From: Tubulanus polymorphus
Taxonomy: Eukaryota; Animalia; Nemertea
Assembly (NCBI RefSeq): GCF_964204645.1
Contig: NC_134030.1
Coordinates: 2,091,355-2,155,354, forward strand
Direction: 5' to 3'
DNA: 64,000 nucleotides
The stretch's first letter is position 1; every line of letters begins with the position of its first letter. A program made the translations under genes and the position numbers. Under the pieces are notes generated by a model that was not told the origin of the DNA, did not search any database, and saw only the letters and a list, made by a program, of their open reading frames with translations. Below are positions 1 through 12,900 of this stretch, piece by piece.

Positions 1-327
1 AGACTGGTTACCGGTCATTCAAAATGAACATCTGACAGCGAATATTCTAGGGGTTGCTCCAGGAAAAAGACAGGGCTGAGGTTAAGTATACACTTGGATA
101 GAAGCAGGAGCGGCTGGAGAGCTCCGGTGACACGCAACCAACCCTGGTAATAGACTGGTTACCGGTCTCTGGGACAGGCACCAGTCTTATCCTGTCAAGC
201 GATAATATATACTTAAGGCCATATGCACGATTCGTTTTGAATTTGATTATGTTATTCAAGCAAGCAATGAAATCCGATTGAATACAAAAATAAATTTGAA
301 TTTGGAATAATATTTAATCCTAATCAG

Positions 328-1622
328 GCAAAAGGTAGAAAGTTTCTTTTGTCCAATGTCGTATAGCGCCGCCGCGGTCGAAAATCGAACTAATCTGTCA
401 AGTAGATAATTTTTTAAGTGAGAAGACGCCGCGTTCAGTTCGCGGTACACTGTACGTACAGTTTTTCGATACACTGCTGTTCAACAAATTTGTTTTGAAG
501 TTGAAGTTCACAGCGCGCTATTCAGTTTTCAGAAGTAGAGGGCTAAAATAACATCATTCGTAAGATCTCAGATTGAATATTTTCATCACATTCAGAGCTC
601 AGTTCATTGTATAAAATGTGTTATTTCATGTATTAGACAGTTACTTCTATTACTCTGACAGGAGTTTTTATGTCATAATTTTTTTTACCTCATGTGTAAC
701 TCAATTATAGCAGAGTTGATAGTTTAATTATCAATTATTAATTTATAAATAAATTAGTATTATTAATCTAATTATTGGATTGATTATTATTAAGAGATAT
801 GACATTATAAACATATAATGCACAGATATGGATGTTATATATAATGCAAAGATATGGATGTTATAATGATAATGTATTTCTACTCGCATAGAAATGAGAC
901 TAAAGTTTTCCTGTTTGGATATTCTAAAAGCTTATAAGTCCTTTGCCAAGGATATGAATGGTTTGTGATGATATTATGTTAACTAAATTCATTTGTTGGG
1001 TGAACGATTTCAATTAATATCGCAATATTTAGCATTCGTGATATAATTAATATGATAGAGATATGGCCATTTGTCTATTGTTTATGTTAGCAAAAGATTG
1101 CATTTGATATAGAAGGCTTTCAAATGTTTTGATGTATGGTTGAGATTTTCAAAATAAATGTTATGCTTACATGAGATAATTGGAACTAGATTTTGTATTT
1201 CATCTTTATCAAGTATCGATGGATGAGAAGTCTTTAGGCGATGTGCAGTTAGCCCATTAGAGTTTGCCTTAAAATACTTTACTCTCAGTCTAAGCTGAAT
1301 TTAATTCATACCGCCGTTACAGTAACATAAAATTCACACAAAATCTTTAGCGCCATTGGAATAGGACGTCCCCTGTTTCACATCCGGTAGGTGTGTTGAC
1401 GGTGGGTAAGTTTAATAAGGTACACCAAATCTATTAAAACGATCGCTATTTTAAAATCAAATCATCCCGAAGAAATTGGGGATTCGAACCTATCGGATAT
1501 ATACTGGTACTCGGCGTCTTTCCACTTAACAAAACGTCGTCAATAACATGAGTTCTTATTATTGCTAAGTAGCGGCGCTACCGGTACTGTCGATCGGACA
1601 TCAGAAACTTTCTACCTTTTGC
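328..1622. mobile_element. ~1.3-kb non-autonomous TIR element (MITE-like), family not assigned
   Basis: GCAAAAGGTAGAAAGTTTCT..TGTCC.AT..TAGCGCCGC at 328-371 is the inverted copy of 1572-1622 (20-bp perfect core, ~45-50 bp imperfect). No ORF inside and no clear TSD. Confidence 0.65.
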
Positions 1623-1854
1623 GTTTTTATTCGCCGGTGAAGCAGCGGATATTTTACAGTACTCAGATATCGGAACGCCTAAAATGCGGTGGACGATATC
1701 GGCACAATTAGCGAAAACACGCAATCGGCCTCGACACAAACTGGCAGTAGTCTATCCTTGATTGCCAGAGTCGATTCCCGTTAGTGTATGAAAAATCCGC
1801 TACTGTTGAGCATAGCGGCAGCACCGAACGGTATACTGAGCAGCACGTCGATTT

Positions 1855-2097
1855 CGCAGTATCACCGGGTTCGAGCCCAGAACATCCCTCTACATCTTCT
1901 ATTCTGCATCGGTACTACTCTGAATCAGTATCAGTAATTACTGGGTTCGAACCCGGGACACCCCTGTACATCCTCTATTCAGCATCAGAACATCTGAATC
2001 AGTAAATGACTGGGTTCGAACCCGGGACACCCCTGTACATCCTCTAATCAGCATCAGGATCACTCTGACTCAGTTTCAGTAATTACTGGGTTCGAAA
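1855..2097. repeat. ~65-76-bp tandem repeat carrying a palindromic Pol III B-box (GGGTTCGAACCC), probably a tRNA/SINE-derived relic
   Basis: 3-4 tandem copies of tacatcctctattcagcatc...tcagtaattactgggttcgaacccgggacacccctg. Further copies at ~2692-2770, ~38497-38553, ~40425-40588 and ~40700-40778. No A-box or cloverleaf. Confidence 0.6.
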
Positions 2098-2941
2098 AGA
2101 CGAATCAATGATTCCATTAACAGCGGAATCAGTGTCAGCTGTAGATTCATACACACGAGACCTTGGACCAATCAGACTCAAGCCGAGTCAAAGTGACAGA
2201 TAGATTATGTAGGTTTTAATCTGCTGCCTGCTGTACAACAGATATTCAATACCAGACACAGTCTGAAAGGGGGCACTGTGCCAAGCTGTGTTTGAAGATT
2301 ATGTAGTAGGTGTCCAGTGTCAAGTTTCTACTGTAGCAGAGAGAGTGGCTTGAAGTCCTCATTGTCCAGCGGAACTATATTATCTTATGGGCAAAAGGAA
2401 AATTTTCGAATGATCCAAATCTTGATTGATGTTAGCCGGGACATGCTGGAAATCTGATTGATGTTAGCCGGGACATGCTGGAAATCTGGTAGGGTTTCAT
2501 ATTGAACAGAATAGTATTCACAAGGTAGTCAATTCAGACTAATGACTTAAATCGCTCAGAACCTCAGCAACTTTTAGCATCTTCTTGAACTTTCTGTACT
2601 AAAAGAATTCCCGATTTGACAGAGAAATTGTTCAGCATCTCTGATCTGATCTTTTCCTGTTGTCTGATATTCTACGGCCAACCACAAGCTCTGTACATCT
2701 TCTATTCAGCACCAGGACCACTCTGAATCAGTGTCAGTAATTACTGGATTCGAACCCGTGACACCTCTGTATAGTGTAGGGATCAACTAATCTCGCAGTA
2801 TACTATGAACCTCTATTCGATTAGGTTATTTCTAACACATCTTCTGTTTGTAAAATAAAACTGTATCAATCTGCTGTCTATAATATTCATCTTTAAATAA
2901 GATTGTAATCCAGCAGGTCTGGGGTAAGGTGACAAACACTA

Positions 2942-3225
2942 CAGTAAACCGGCTCACCCTTACTGGGACGAACTGAGACCAAGATTGGCACGAATTGAAG
3001 TGAAAGTCCGAGTAAGACTGTAAGGTTTACTGAAGTTATCTCTCATTACACTATATAAAGTTGTAAATAAATCTGGACTTTAACTAGTTTACATGTCCAT
3101 GAGTAGACCGAGTTCTAACTAAAATCCATTCAAACAAGTCAGTTGAGGAGAGAGAGAGGGAGAGCTCGAGTCAATGTGATACTATACTTGATTAATGTGA
3201 TTCGAGTCAAGAGCCGAGTCTACTG
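2942..3225. mobile_element. 284-bp Tc1/mariner(pogo)-type MITE
   Basis: TA|CAGTAAAC-CGGCTC ... GAGCCGAGTCTACTG|TA: CAGT/ACTG termini, imperfect ~15-bp TIR and TA target duplication. Confidence 0.75.
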
Positions 3226-3409
3226 TAGATTACAGAAAAAAGAACCACAAAACAATTTGTAGCGAACAACTAAACCACGAATAGATCAGTAGTTGTGATC
3301 AATAGTTCAATACGTACATGTATCATATAAGTAAACATAAGTAAGCAAAGACTTCAACCAATTATCAAACACCAAGTTGACTCGGCTCCTCTACAGATCC
3401 TCATACCAT

Positions 3410-3415
3410 TTTATT
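3410..3415 (-). terminator. Candidate polyadenylation signal AATAAA (alternative at 3621-3626; copy 2 at 41424-41429)
   Basis: Lies after the last minus-strand acceptor (4652) and is followed ~35 nt downstream by GU-rich ttggtgtttg. Confidence 0.45.
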
Positions 3416-3711
3416 GAAATAAATATGTATTTACAATAACTAATGAATTAAAACAGTCGTAATTAACGAACACCGACAGAAGTCAACACGAATAAATCAA
3501 GGTCAGTCATCATGTTATGTCAATATTCAAGCACACTACAGAACTGACTGCTGCATTTCAGTTCCACCTCAAAACAACATCAAAAACTCTTTAGAAACAA
3601 TCAAAGATATTCTAACTTGTTTTATTTAAATTAAAATAAAATTCGAATTGAACACACATGTTCATACACAGGGTCAGTTGCACCCAGACAATAATTCTCC
3701 AAGTCTTAACG

Positions 3712-4572
3712 TGCATTAGAGTTCTCCAAGTTCGAGCAACACATTAGAGTTCTCCAAGTTCAAGCAACACATTAGTGTTCTCCAAGTTCCAGCAACGCAT
3801 TAGTGTTCTCCAAGTTCCAGCAATGCATTAGAGTTCTCCAAGTTCCAGCAACGCACTAGAGTTCTCCAAGTTCCAGCAACGCATTAGAGTTCTCCAAGTT
3901 CCAGCAACGCATTAGAGTTCCAAGTTCGAGCAACGCATTAGAGTTCTCCAAGTTCGAGCAACGCATTAGAGTTCCAAGTTCCAGCAACGCATTAGTGTTC
4001 TCCAAGTTCGAGCAACGCATTAGTGTTCTCCAAGTTCCAGCAACACATTAGAGTTCTCCAAGTTCCAGCAACGCATTAGAGTTCTCCAAGTTCCAGCAAC
4101 GCATTAGAGTTCCAAGTTCCAGCAATGCATTAGAGTTCCAAGTTCCAGCAACGCATTAGAGTTCCAAGTTCCAGCAACGCATTAGAGTTCTCCAAGTTCC
4201 AGCAACGCATTAGAGTTCCAAGTTCCAGCAATGCATTAGAGTTCCAAGTTCCAGCAATGCATTAGTGTTCTCCAAGTTCGAGCAACACATTAGAGTTCTC
4301 CAAGTTCCAGCAACGCATTAGAGTTCTCCAAGTTCCAGCAACGCATTAGAGTTCCAAGTTCCAGCAATGCATTAGAGTTCCAAGTTCCAGCAACGCATTA
4401 GAGTTCCAAGTTCCAGCAACGCATTAGAGTTCTCCAAGTTCCAGCAACGCATTAGAGTTCCAAGTTCCAGCAATGCATTAGAGTTCCAAGTTCCAGCAAC
4501 GCATTAGAGTTCCAAGTTCCAGCAACGCATTAGAGTTCTCCAAGTTCCAGCAACGCATTAGTTCCAAGTTCG
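3712..4572. repeat. 26/28-bp minisatellite (gcattagagtt[ct]ccaagttccagcaac), block 1
   Basis: About 31 tandem monomers of two length classes differing by a CT dinucleotide. The copy-2 block (41727-42168) is shorter. Confidence 0.97.
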
Positions 4573-4651
4573 ACCCCGCAAATGGTCAACAGATGCCATC
4601 TGAATATCAAAGCCAACATCGTGTTTGATTAGATGTTTCACATATTTTCAC

Positions 4652-6946
4652 CTACAAGACAATCAAAAGGTTAAAAAAGGATATTTTCAACAATCACTAA
4701 ATCAATAAAATAAATTTATCTATTACAATATATACCTGATTTATAGTCAATTCAGATTCATGACTCATCCATTCATTCTCGAGCAACGCATTAGTGTTCT
4801 CCAAGTTCCAGCAATGCATTAGAGTTCTCCAAGTTCCAGCAACGCACTAGAGTTCTCCAAGTTCCAGCAACGCATTAGAGTTCTCCAAGTTCCAGCAACG
4901 CATTAGAGTTCCAAGTTCCAGCAACGCATTAGTGTTCTCCAAGTTCGAGCAACGCATTAGAGTTCTCCAAGTTCCAGCAACGCATTAGAGTTCTCCAAGT
5001 TCCAGCAACGCATTAGAGTTCCAAGTTCCAGCAACGCATTAGAGTTCCAAGTTCCAGCAACGCATTAGAGTTCCAAGTTCCAGCAACGCATTAGAGTTCT
5101 CAAAGTTCCAGCAACGCATTAGAGTTCCAAGTTCCAGCAACGCATTAGAGTTCCAAGTTCCAGCAATGCATTAGAGTTCTCCAAGTTCCAGCAACGCATT
5201 AGAGTTCCATATTCCAGCAACGCATTAGAGTTCTCCAAGTTCCAGCAACGCATTAGAGTTCCAAGTTCCAGCAATGCATTAGAGTTCTCCAAGTTCCAGC
5301 AACGCATTAGAGTTCCAAGTTCCAGCAACGCATTAGAGTTCTCAAAGTTCCAGCAACGCAAATGGTCAACAGATGCCATCTGAATATCAAAGCCAACATC
5401 GTGTTTGATTAGATGTTTCACATATTTTCACCTACAAGACAATCAAACAACGAACTTAAAAGGATATTTTCAACAATCACTAAATCAATAAAATAAATCT
5501 ATCTATTACAATATATACCTGATTTATAGTCAATTCAGATTCATGACTCATTCATTCTTTCATCCTTTCAACTAAGGGATGATATTCCTGTGAATCCCTG
5601 AAGGTATTTTTCTATCTTGTAGTAACATACCATCTCTAGATATTTCCTTATTACAACAGGAAAACTCAAAATATGAATAATTTTGAATAATGTAAGACTT
5701 GAAAATTGATGTAATTTTCAATATCATACCTGATTTATAGTCAGTTCAGACTAATGACTCGACGTTCCTTTGCAACTGTTAACTTTGTGACTCTAGTTTG
5801 CAGCTTGACTGAGGCAGTTGACTCAGTACTACTGATCTCAGTGGTGAAATTCATCTAACTGATGCCCGGTGATTGTCTCATCTCTGGTGACAATCAGTTC
5901 TGTGGTAAACCTCTCCACATTTGCTACAAGAAAACAAAAAATATGAATAATTTTCATTTTCATGACTGACTTATAGTCTGTTCAATGACTGATCCTTCCT
6001 CTGGTATTGCGTTTCTAACGATTTGCTACAAGAAAACATGTAACAAACCATCATAATGTTTGGGACTTTTCCTAAAACAAGAAATCAATGTTATCTGTAT
6101 CTTAACATACCTGATTTATAGTCAGTTCAGACTAATGACTCGACGTTCCTTTGGAACTGTTAACTTTCCTTGTGACTCAGTAACTTTGTTCCCGACTTTG
6201 ACGGAGATCATTCACTACCACTGATCTGAGTGGTGACATTCATCTAACTAATGCCTGGTGATTGTCTCATCTCTGGTGACAATCAGTTCTGTGGTAAACC
6301 TCTCCACATTTGCTACAAGAAAACAAAAAATATGAATAATTTTCATTTTCATGACTGACTTATAGTCTGTTCAATGACTGATCATTCCTCTGGTATTGTC
6401 TTTCTAACGATTTGCTACAAGAAAACATGTAACAAACCATCATAATGTTTGGGACTTTTCCTAAAACAAGAAATCAATGTTATCTGTATCTTAACATACC
6501 TGATTTATAGTCAGTTCAGACTAATGACTTGACGTTCCTTTGGAACTGTTAACTTTCCTTGTGACTCAGTAACTTAGTTCCCGACTTTGACGGAGATTTC
6601 TCACTACTACTGATCTGAGTTGTGACATTCATCTAACTAATGCCAGGTGATTGTCTCATCTCTGGTGACACTTAGTTCGTCAATATTTGCTACAAGAAAA
6701 CACAAAACATGAATAACTCTTAATTTTGAGACATTGAAAATTGATCCCTATTTCAATATCATACCTGATTTATAGTCAGTTCAGACTAATGACTCGACAT
6801 TCCTCTGGAACTATTAACTTTCCTTTGCGACTGTAACTTTTTTGCTGACTTTGACGGAGATGAATCAGTACCACTGATCTCAGTGGCGACCTTCATCTAA
6901 CGGATGGCTGGTGATTGTCTCATCTCTGGTGACTCAGTTCAGTGGA
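4652..6946 (-). other. Tandem array of homologous non-coding exons and short introns
   Basis: Exons 6500-6689, 6111-6312, 5730-5923 and 4736-5431 begin after tcttgtAG and end ...GACTATAAATCAG|GTAT. Introns are 75-87 nt. Exon 5730-5923 has stops in all three frames. Confidence 0.75.
4780..5360. repeat. 26/28-bp minisatellite, block 2 (inside predicted exon 4736-5431)
   Basis: Same monomers. Arose by duplication of an exon+intron module. Copy 2 at 42371-42931. Confidence 0.97.
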
Positions 6947-9900
6947 CCAGCGATATTTCAAAGATTCAACCACCAAATAGCTATCAATGGATAGCTCTTT
7001 TGAATATTTTTACAATCTAAACGTTTAGTCGTAATGAGGACATTCGGGAAGCAGAATCAATCGTAATTCAGCAACATATGATACAATATGTACAGAACCA
7101 ACACCAGCGACATTTCAAAGATGCAACCACCACAAAGCTATCAATGGATAGCTCTTTTGAATATTCATACATTTAAAACGTAAAGTCGCAATAAGGACGA
7201 TCAGGAAACAAAATAATCAATCCCAATTCATCGACATATATTACAATATATACACTGAACCAACACCAGCGACATTTCAATGATACAACCACCACAAAGC
7301 TATCGATGGATAGCTCCTTTGAATATTTATACATTAAAAACTTTAAGTCGTTATAAGGACGATCAGGAAACATAAGAATCATAATTCAGCGATATATGAT
7401 ACAATATGTACACAGAACCAACACCAGCGACATTTCAATGATACAACCACCACAAAGCTATCGATGGATAGCTCCTTTGAATATTTATACATTAAAAACT
7501 TTAAGTCGTTATAAGGACGATCAGGAAACATAAGAATCATAATTCAGCGATATATGATACAATATGTACACAGAACCAACACCAGCGACATTTCAATGAT
7601 ACAGCCACCACAAAGCTATCATTGGATAGCTCCTTTGAATATTTATACATTAAAAACTTTATGTCGTTATAAGGACGATTAGGAAACATAAGAATCATAA
7701 TTCAGCGATATATGATACAAATGTACACAGAACCAACACCAGCGACATTTCAAAGATGCAACCACCACAAAGCTATCAATGGACAGCTCTTTTGAATATT
7801 CATACATTTAAAACGTAAAGTCGCAATAAGGACGATCAGGAAACAAAATAATCAATCCCAATTCATCGACATATATTACAATGTATACACTGAACCAACA
7901 CCAGCGACATTTCAATGATACAACCACCACAAAGCTATAGATGGATAGCTCCTTTGAATATTTATACATTTAAAACTTTATGTCGTTATAAGGATGATCA
8001 GGAAACAGAATCAATCAAAATTCAGCGACATATGATACAATATGTACACAGAACCAACACCAGCGACATTTCAAAGATGCAACCACCACAAAGCTATCAA
8101 TGGATAGAGCTCTTTTGAATATTCATACATTTAAAATGTTAAGTCGCAATAAGGACGATCAGGAAACAAAATAATCCCAATTCACCGACATATATTACAA
8201 TATATACATTGAACCAACACCAGCGACATTTCAATGATACAACCACCACAAAGCTATCATTGGATAGCTCTTTTGAATATTTTTAAATTCTAAACATGAA
8301 GTCCTAATGAGGACAATCGGGAAGCAGAAACAATTATAATTCAGCGACATATGATTCAATATATACAGAACCAACACCAGCGACATTTCAAAGATACAAC
8401 CACCACAAAGCTATCGATGTATAGCTCCTTTGAATATTTATAAATTTAAAACTGTGTCGTTATAAGGATGATCAGGAAAGAGAATCAATCATAATTCAGC
8501 GACACATGATGCAATATATACAGAACAAAGACCAGCGACATTTCAATGATACAACCACCACAAAGCTATCGATGGATAGCTGCTTTGAGTATTTATACAT
8601 TTAAAAAATTGAGTCGTTATAAGGACGATCAGGAAACAAAATAATCAATCCAAATTCACCGACATATATTACAATATATACATTGAACCAACACCAGCGA
8701 CATTTCAATGATACAACCACCACAAAGCTATCATTGGATAGCTCCTTTGAATATTTAAACATTTGAAACTTTAAGTCGTTATAAGGACGATCAGGAAACA
8801 TAAGAATCATAATTCAGCGACATATGATACAATATGTACACAGAACCAACACCAGCGACATTTCAAAGATGCAACGACCACAAAGCTATCAATGGATAGC
8901 TCTTTTGAATATTTATACATTTAAAACTTTAAGTCGTTATAGGACAATCAGGAAACATAAGAATCATAATTCAGCGACATATGATACAATATGTACACAG
9001 AACCAACACCAGCGACATTTCAAAGATGCAACCACCAAAAAGCTATCAATGGATAGCTCTTTTGAATAATTTAGAATTCAAATTTAAAATTAAAGGAGGT
9101 CATCAGTGTTGTAACACACTGATAATTCAGCTCGTTTGTCACGTTTCTACATGACAGTTGAAGAAGGAAGGAGGAGACTCCTTAACTCATTATCACCCCA
9201 AAACAGAGTGTATCAATTAACACCCAGCAGCAGGATTAAAGGAGGTCATCAGTGTTGTAACACACTGACAATTCAGTCCGTTTGTCACGTTTCTACATAA
9301 CAGTTGAAGAACTGTGTCATTATAAGGATAATCAGGAAACAGAATCAATCATAATTCAGCGACATATGATACAATATATACAGAACCAACACCAGCGACA
9401 TTTCAATGATACAACCACCACAAAGCTATCGATGGATAGCTCTTTTAAATATTCATACATTAAAAACTTTTAGTCGTTATAAGGACGATCAGGCAACATA
9501 AGAACCAACACCAGCGACATTTCAAAGATGCAACCACCACAAAGCTATCATTGGATAGCTCTTTTGAATATTCATACATTTGAAACATAAAGTCGCAATA
9601 AGGACGATCAGGAAACAAAATAATCAATCCCAATTCACGGACATATATTACAATAAATACATTGAACCAACACCAGCGACATTTCAATGATACAACCACC
9701 ACAAAGCTATCATTGGATAGCTCCTTTGAATATTTAAATATTTGAAACTTTAAGTCGTTATAAGAACGATCAGGAAACAGAATCAATCAAATTTAGCGAC
9801 ATATGATACAATATGTACACAGAACCAACACCAGCGACATTTCAAAGATACAATCACCACAAAGCTATCGATGGATAGCTCATTTGAATATTTATAAATT

Positions 9901-12900
9901 TAAAACTGTGTCGTTATAAGGATGATCAGGAAACAGAATCAATCCCAATTCACCGACATATATTACAATATATACATTGAACCAACACCAGCGACATTTC
10001 AATGATACAACCACCACAAAGCTATCATTGGATAGCTCTTTTGAATATTTTTAAATTCTAAACATGAAGTCCTAATGAGGACAATCGGGAAGCAGAAACA
10101 ATTATAATTCAGCGACATATGATTCAATATATACAGAACCAACACCAGCGACATTTCAAAGATACAACCACCACAAAGCTATCGATGGATAGCTCCTTTG
10201 AATATTTATAAATTTAAAACTATGTCGTTATAAGGATGATCAGGAAACAGAATCAATCATAATTCAGCGACATATGATGCAATATATACAGAACCAACAC
10301 CAGCGACATTTCAATGATACAACCACCACAAAGCTATCGATGGATAGCTGCTTTGAGTATTTATACATTTAAAAGTTTAAGTCGTTATAAGGACGATCAG
10401 GAAACAAAATAATCAATCCAAATTCACCCCAAATCATTTCATATATACATTGAACCAACACCAGTGACATTTCAATGATACAACCACCACAAAGCTATCG
10501 TTGGATAGCTCCTTTGAATATTTAAACATTTGCAACTTTAAGTCGTTATAAGGACGATCAGGAAACATAAGAATCATAATTCAGCGACATATGATACAAT
10601 ATGTACACAGAACCAACACCAGCGACATTTCAATGATGCAACCACCACAAAGCTTTCAATGGATAGCTCTTTTGAATATTTATACATTTAAAACTTTAAG
10701 TCGTTATAGGACAATCAGGAAACATAAGAATCATAATTCAGCGACATATGATACAATATGTACACAGAACCAACACCAGCGACATTTCAAAGATGCAACC
10801 ACCAAAAAGCTATCAATGGATAGCTCTTTTGAATATTCATCCATTTAAAATGTAAAGTCGCAATAAGGACGATCAGGAAACAAAATAATCAATCCCAATT
10901 CACCGACATATATTACAATATATACATTGAACCAACACCGGCGACATTTCAATGATACAACCACCACAAAGCTATCATTGGATAGCTCCTTTGAATATTT
11001 AAACATTAAAAACTTTAAGTCGTTATAAGGACGATCAGGAAACATAAGAATCATAATTCAGCGATATATGATACAATATGTACACAGAACCAACACCAGC
11101 GACATTTCAATGATACAGCCACCACAAAGCTATCATTGGATAGCTCCTTTGAATATTTATACATTAAAAACTTTATGTCGTTATAAGGACGATTAGGAAA
11201 CATAAGAATCATAATTCAGCGATATATGATACAAATGTACACAGAACCAACACCAGCGACATTTCAAAGATGCAACCACCACAAAGCTATCAATGGATAG
11301 CTCTTTTGAATATTCATACATTTAAAACGTAAAGTCGCAATAAGGACGATCAGGAAACAAAATAATGAATCCCAATTCACCGACATATATTAAAATATAT
11401 ACAATGAACCACCACCAGCGACATTTCAAAAATCCAACCACCACAAAGCTATCGATGGATAGCTCCTTTGAATATTTATACATTAAAAACTTTAAGTCGT
11501 TATAAGGACGATCAGGAAACATAAGAATCATAATTTAGCGATATATGATACAATATGTACACAGAACCAACACCAGCGACATTTCAAAGATGCAACCACC
11601 ACAAAGCTATCAATGGATAGCTCTTTTGAATAATTTAGAATTCAAATTTAAAATTAAAGGAGGTCATCAGTGTTGTAACACACTGATAATTCAGCTCGTT
11701 TGTCACGTTTCTACATGACAGTTGAAGAAGGAAGGAGGAGACTCCTTAACTCATTATCACCCCCAAAACAGAGTGTATCAATTAACACCCAGCAGCAGGA
11801 TTAAAGGAGGTCGTCAGTGTTGTAACACACTGATAATTCAGTCCGTTTGTCACGTTTCTACATGACAGTTGAAAAAGGAAGGAGGAGACTCCTGCACTCA
11901 ATATCACCCCAAAACAGAGTGTATCAGTTAACACACAGCAGCAAGCAGCAGTATTAAAGGAGGTCATCAGTGTTTTAACACACTGATAATTCAGTCCGTT
12001 TGTCACGTTTCTACAAAACAGTTGAAGAACTGTGTCATTATAAGGATAATCAGGAAACAGAATCAATCATAATTCAGCGACATATGATGCAATATATACA
12101 GAACCAACACCAGCGACATTTCAAAGATACAACCACCACAAAGCCATCAATGGATAGCTCCTTTGAATATTTATAAATTTAAAACTGTGTCGTTATAAGG
12201 ATGATCAGGAAACAGAATCAATCATAATTCAGCGACATATGATGCAATATATACAGAACCAAGACCAGCGACATTTCAATGATACAACCACCACAAAGCT
12301 ATCGATGGATAGCTGCTTTGAGTATTTATACATTTAAAAGTTTAAGTCGTTATAAGGACGATCAGGAAACAAAATAATCAATCCAAATTCACCGACATAT
12401 ATTACAATATATACATTGAACCAACACCAGCGACATTTCAATGATACAACCACCACAAAGCTATCATTGGATAGCTCCTTTGAATATTTATAAATTTAAA
12501 ACTGTGTCGTTACAAGGATGATCAGGAAACAGAATCAATCATAATTCAGCGACATATGATACAATATATACAGATCCAACACCAGCGACATTTAATGATA
12601 CAACCACCACAAGGCTATCGATGGATAGCTGCTTTGAGTATTTATACATTTAAAACTTTAAGTCGTTATAAGGACGATTAGGAAACGTAAGAATCATAAT
12701 TCAGCGATATATGATACAATATGTACACAGAACCAACACCAGTGACATTTCAAAGATGCAACCACCACAAAGCTATCAATGGATAGCTCTTTTGAATAAT
12801 TTAGAATTCAAATTTAAAATTAAAGGAGGTCATCAGTGTTGTAACACACTGATAATTCAGCTCGTTTGTCACGTTTCTACATGACAGTTGAAGAAGGAAG

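Noticed and set aside
5119-5421. LRR-like 100-aa ORF
   Set aside because: Generated by 26+28-bp alternation; its length is not conserved in the other three minisatellite blocks.
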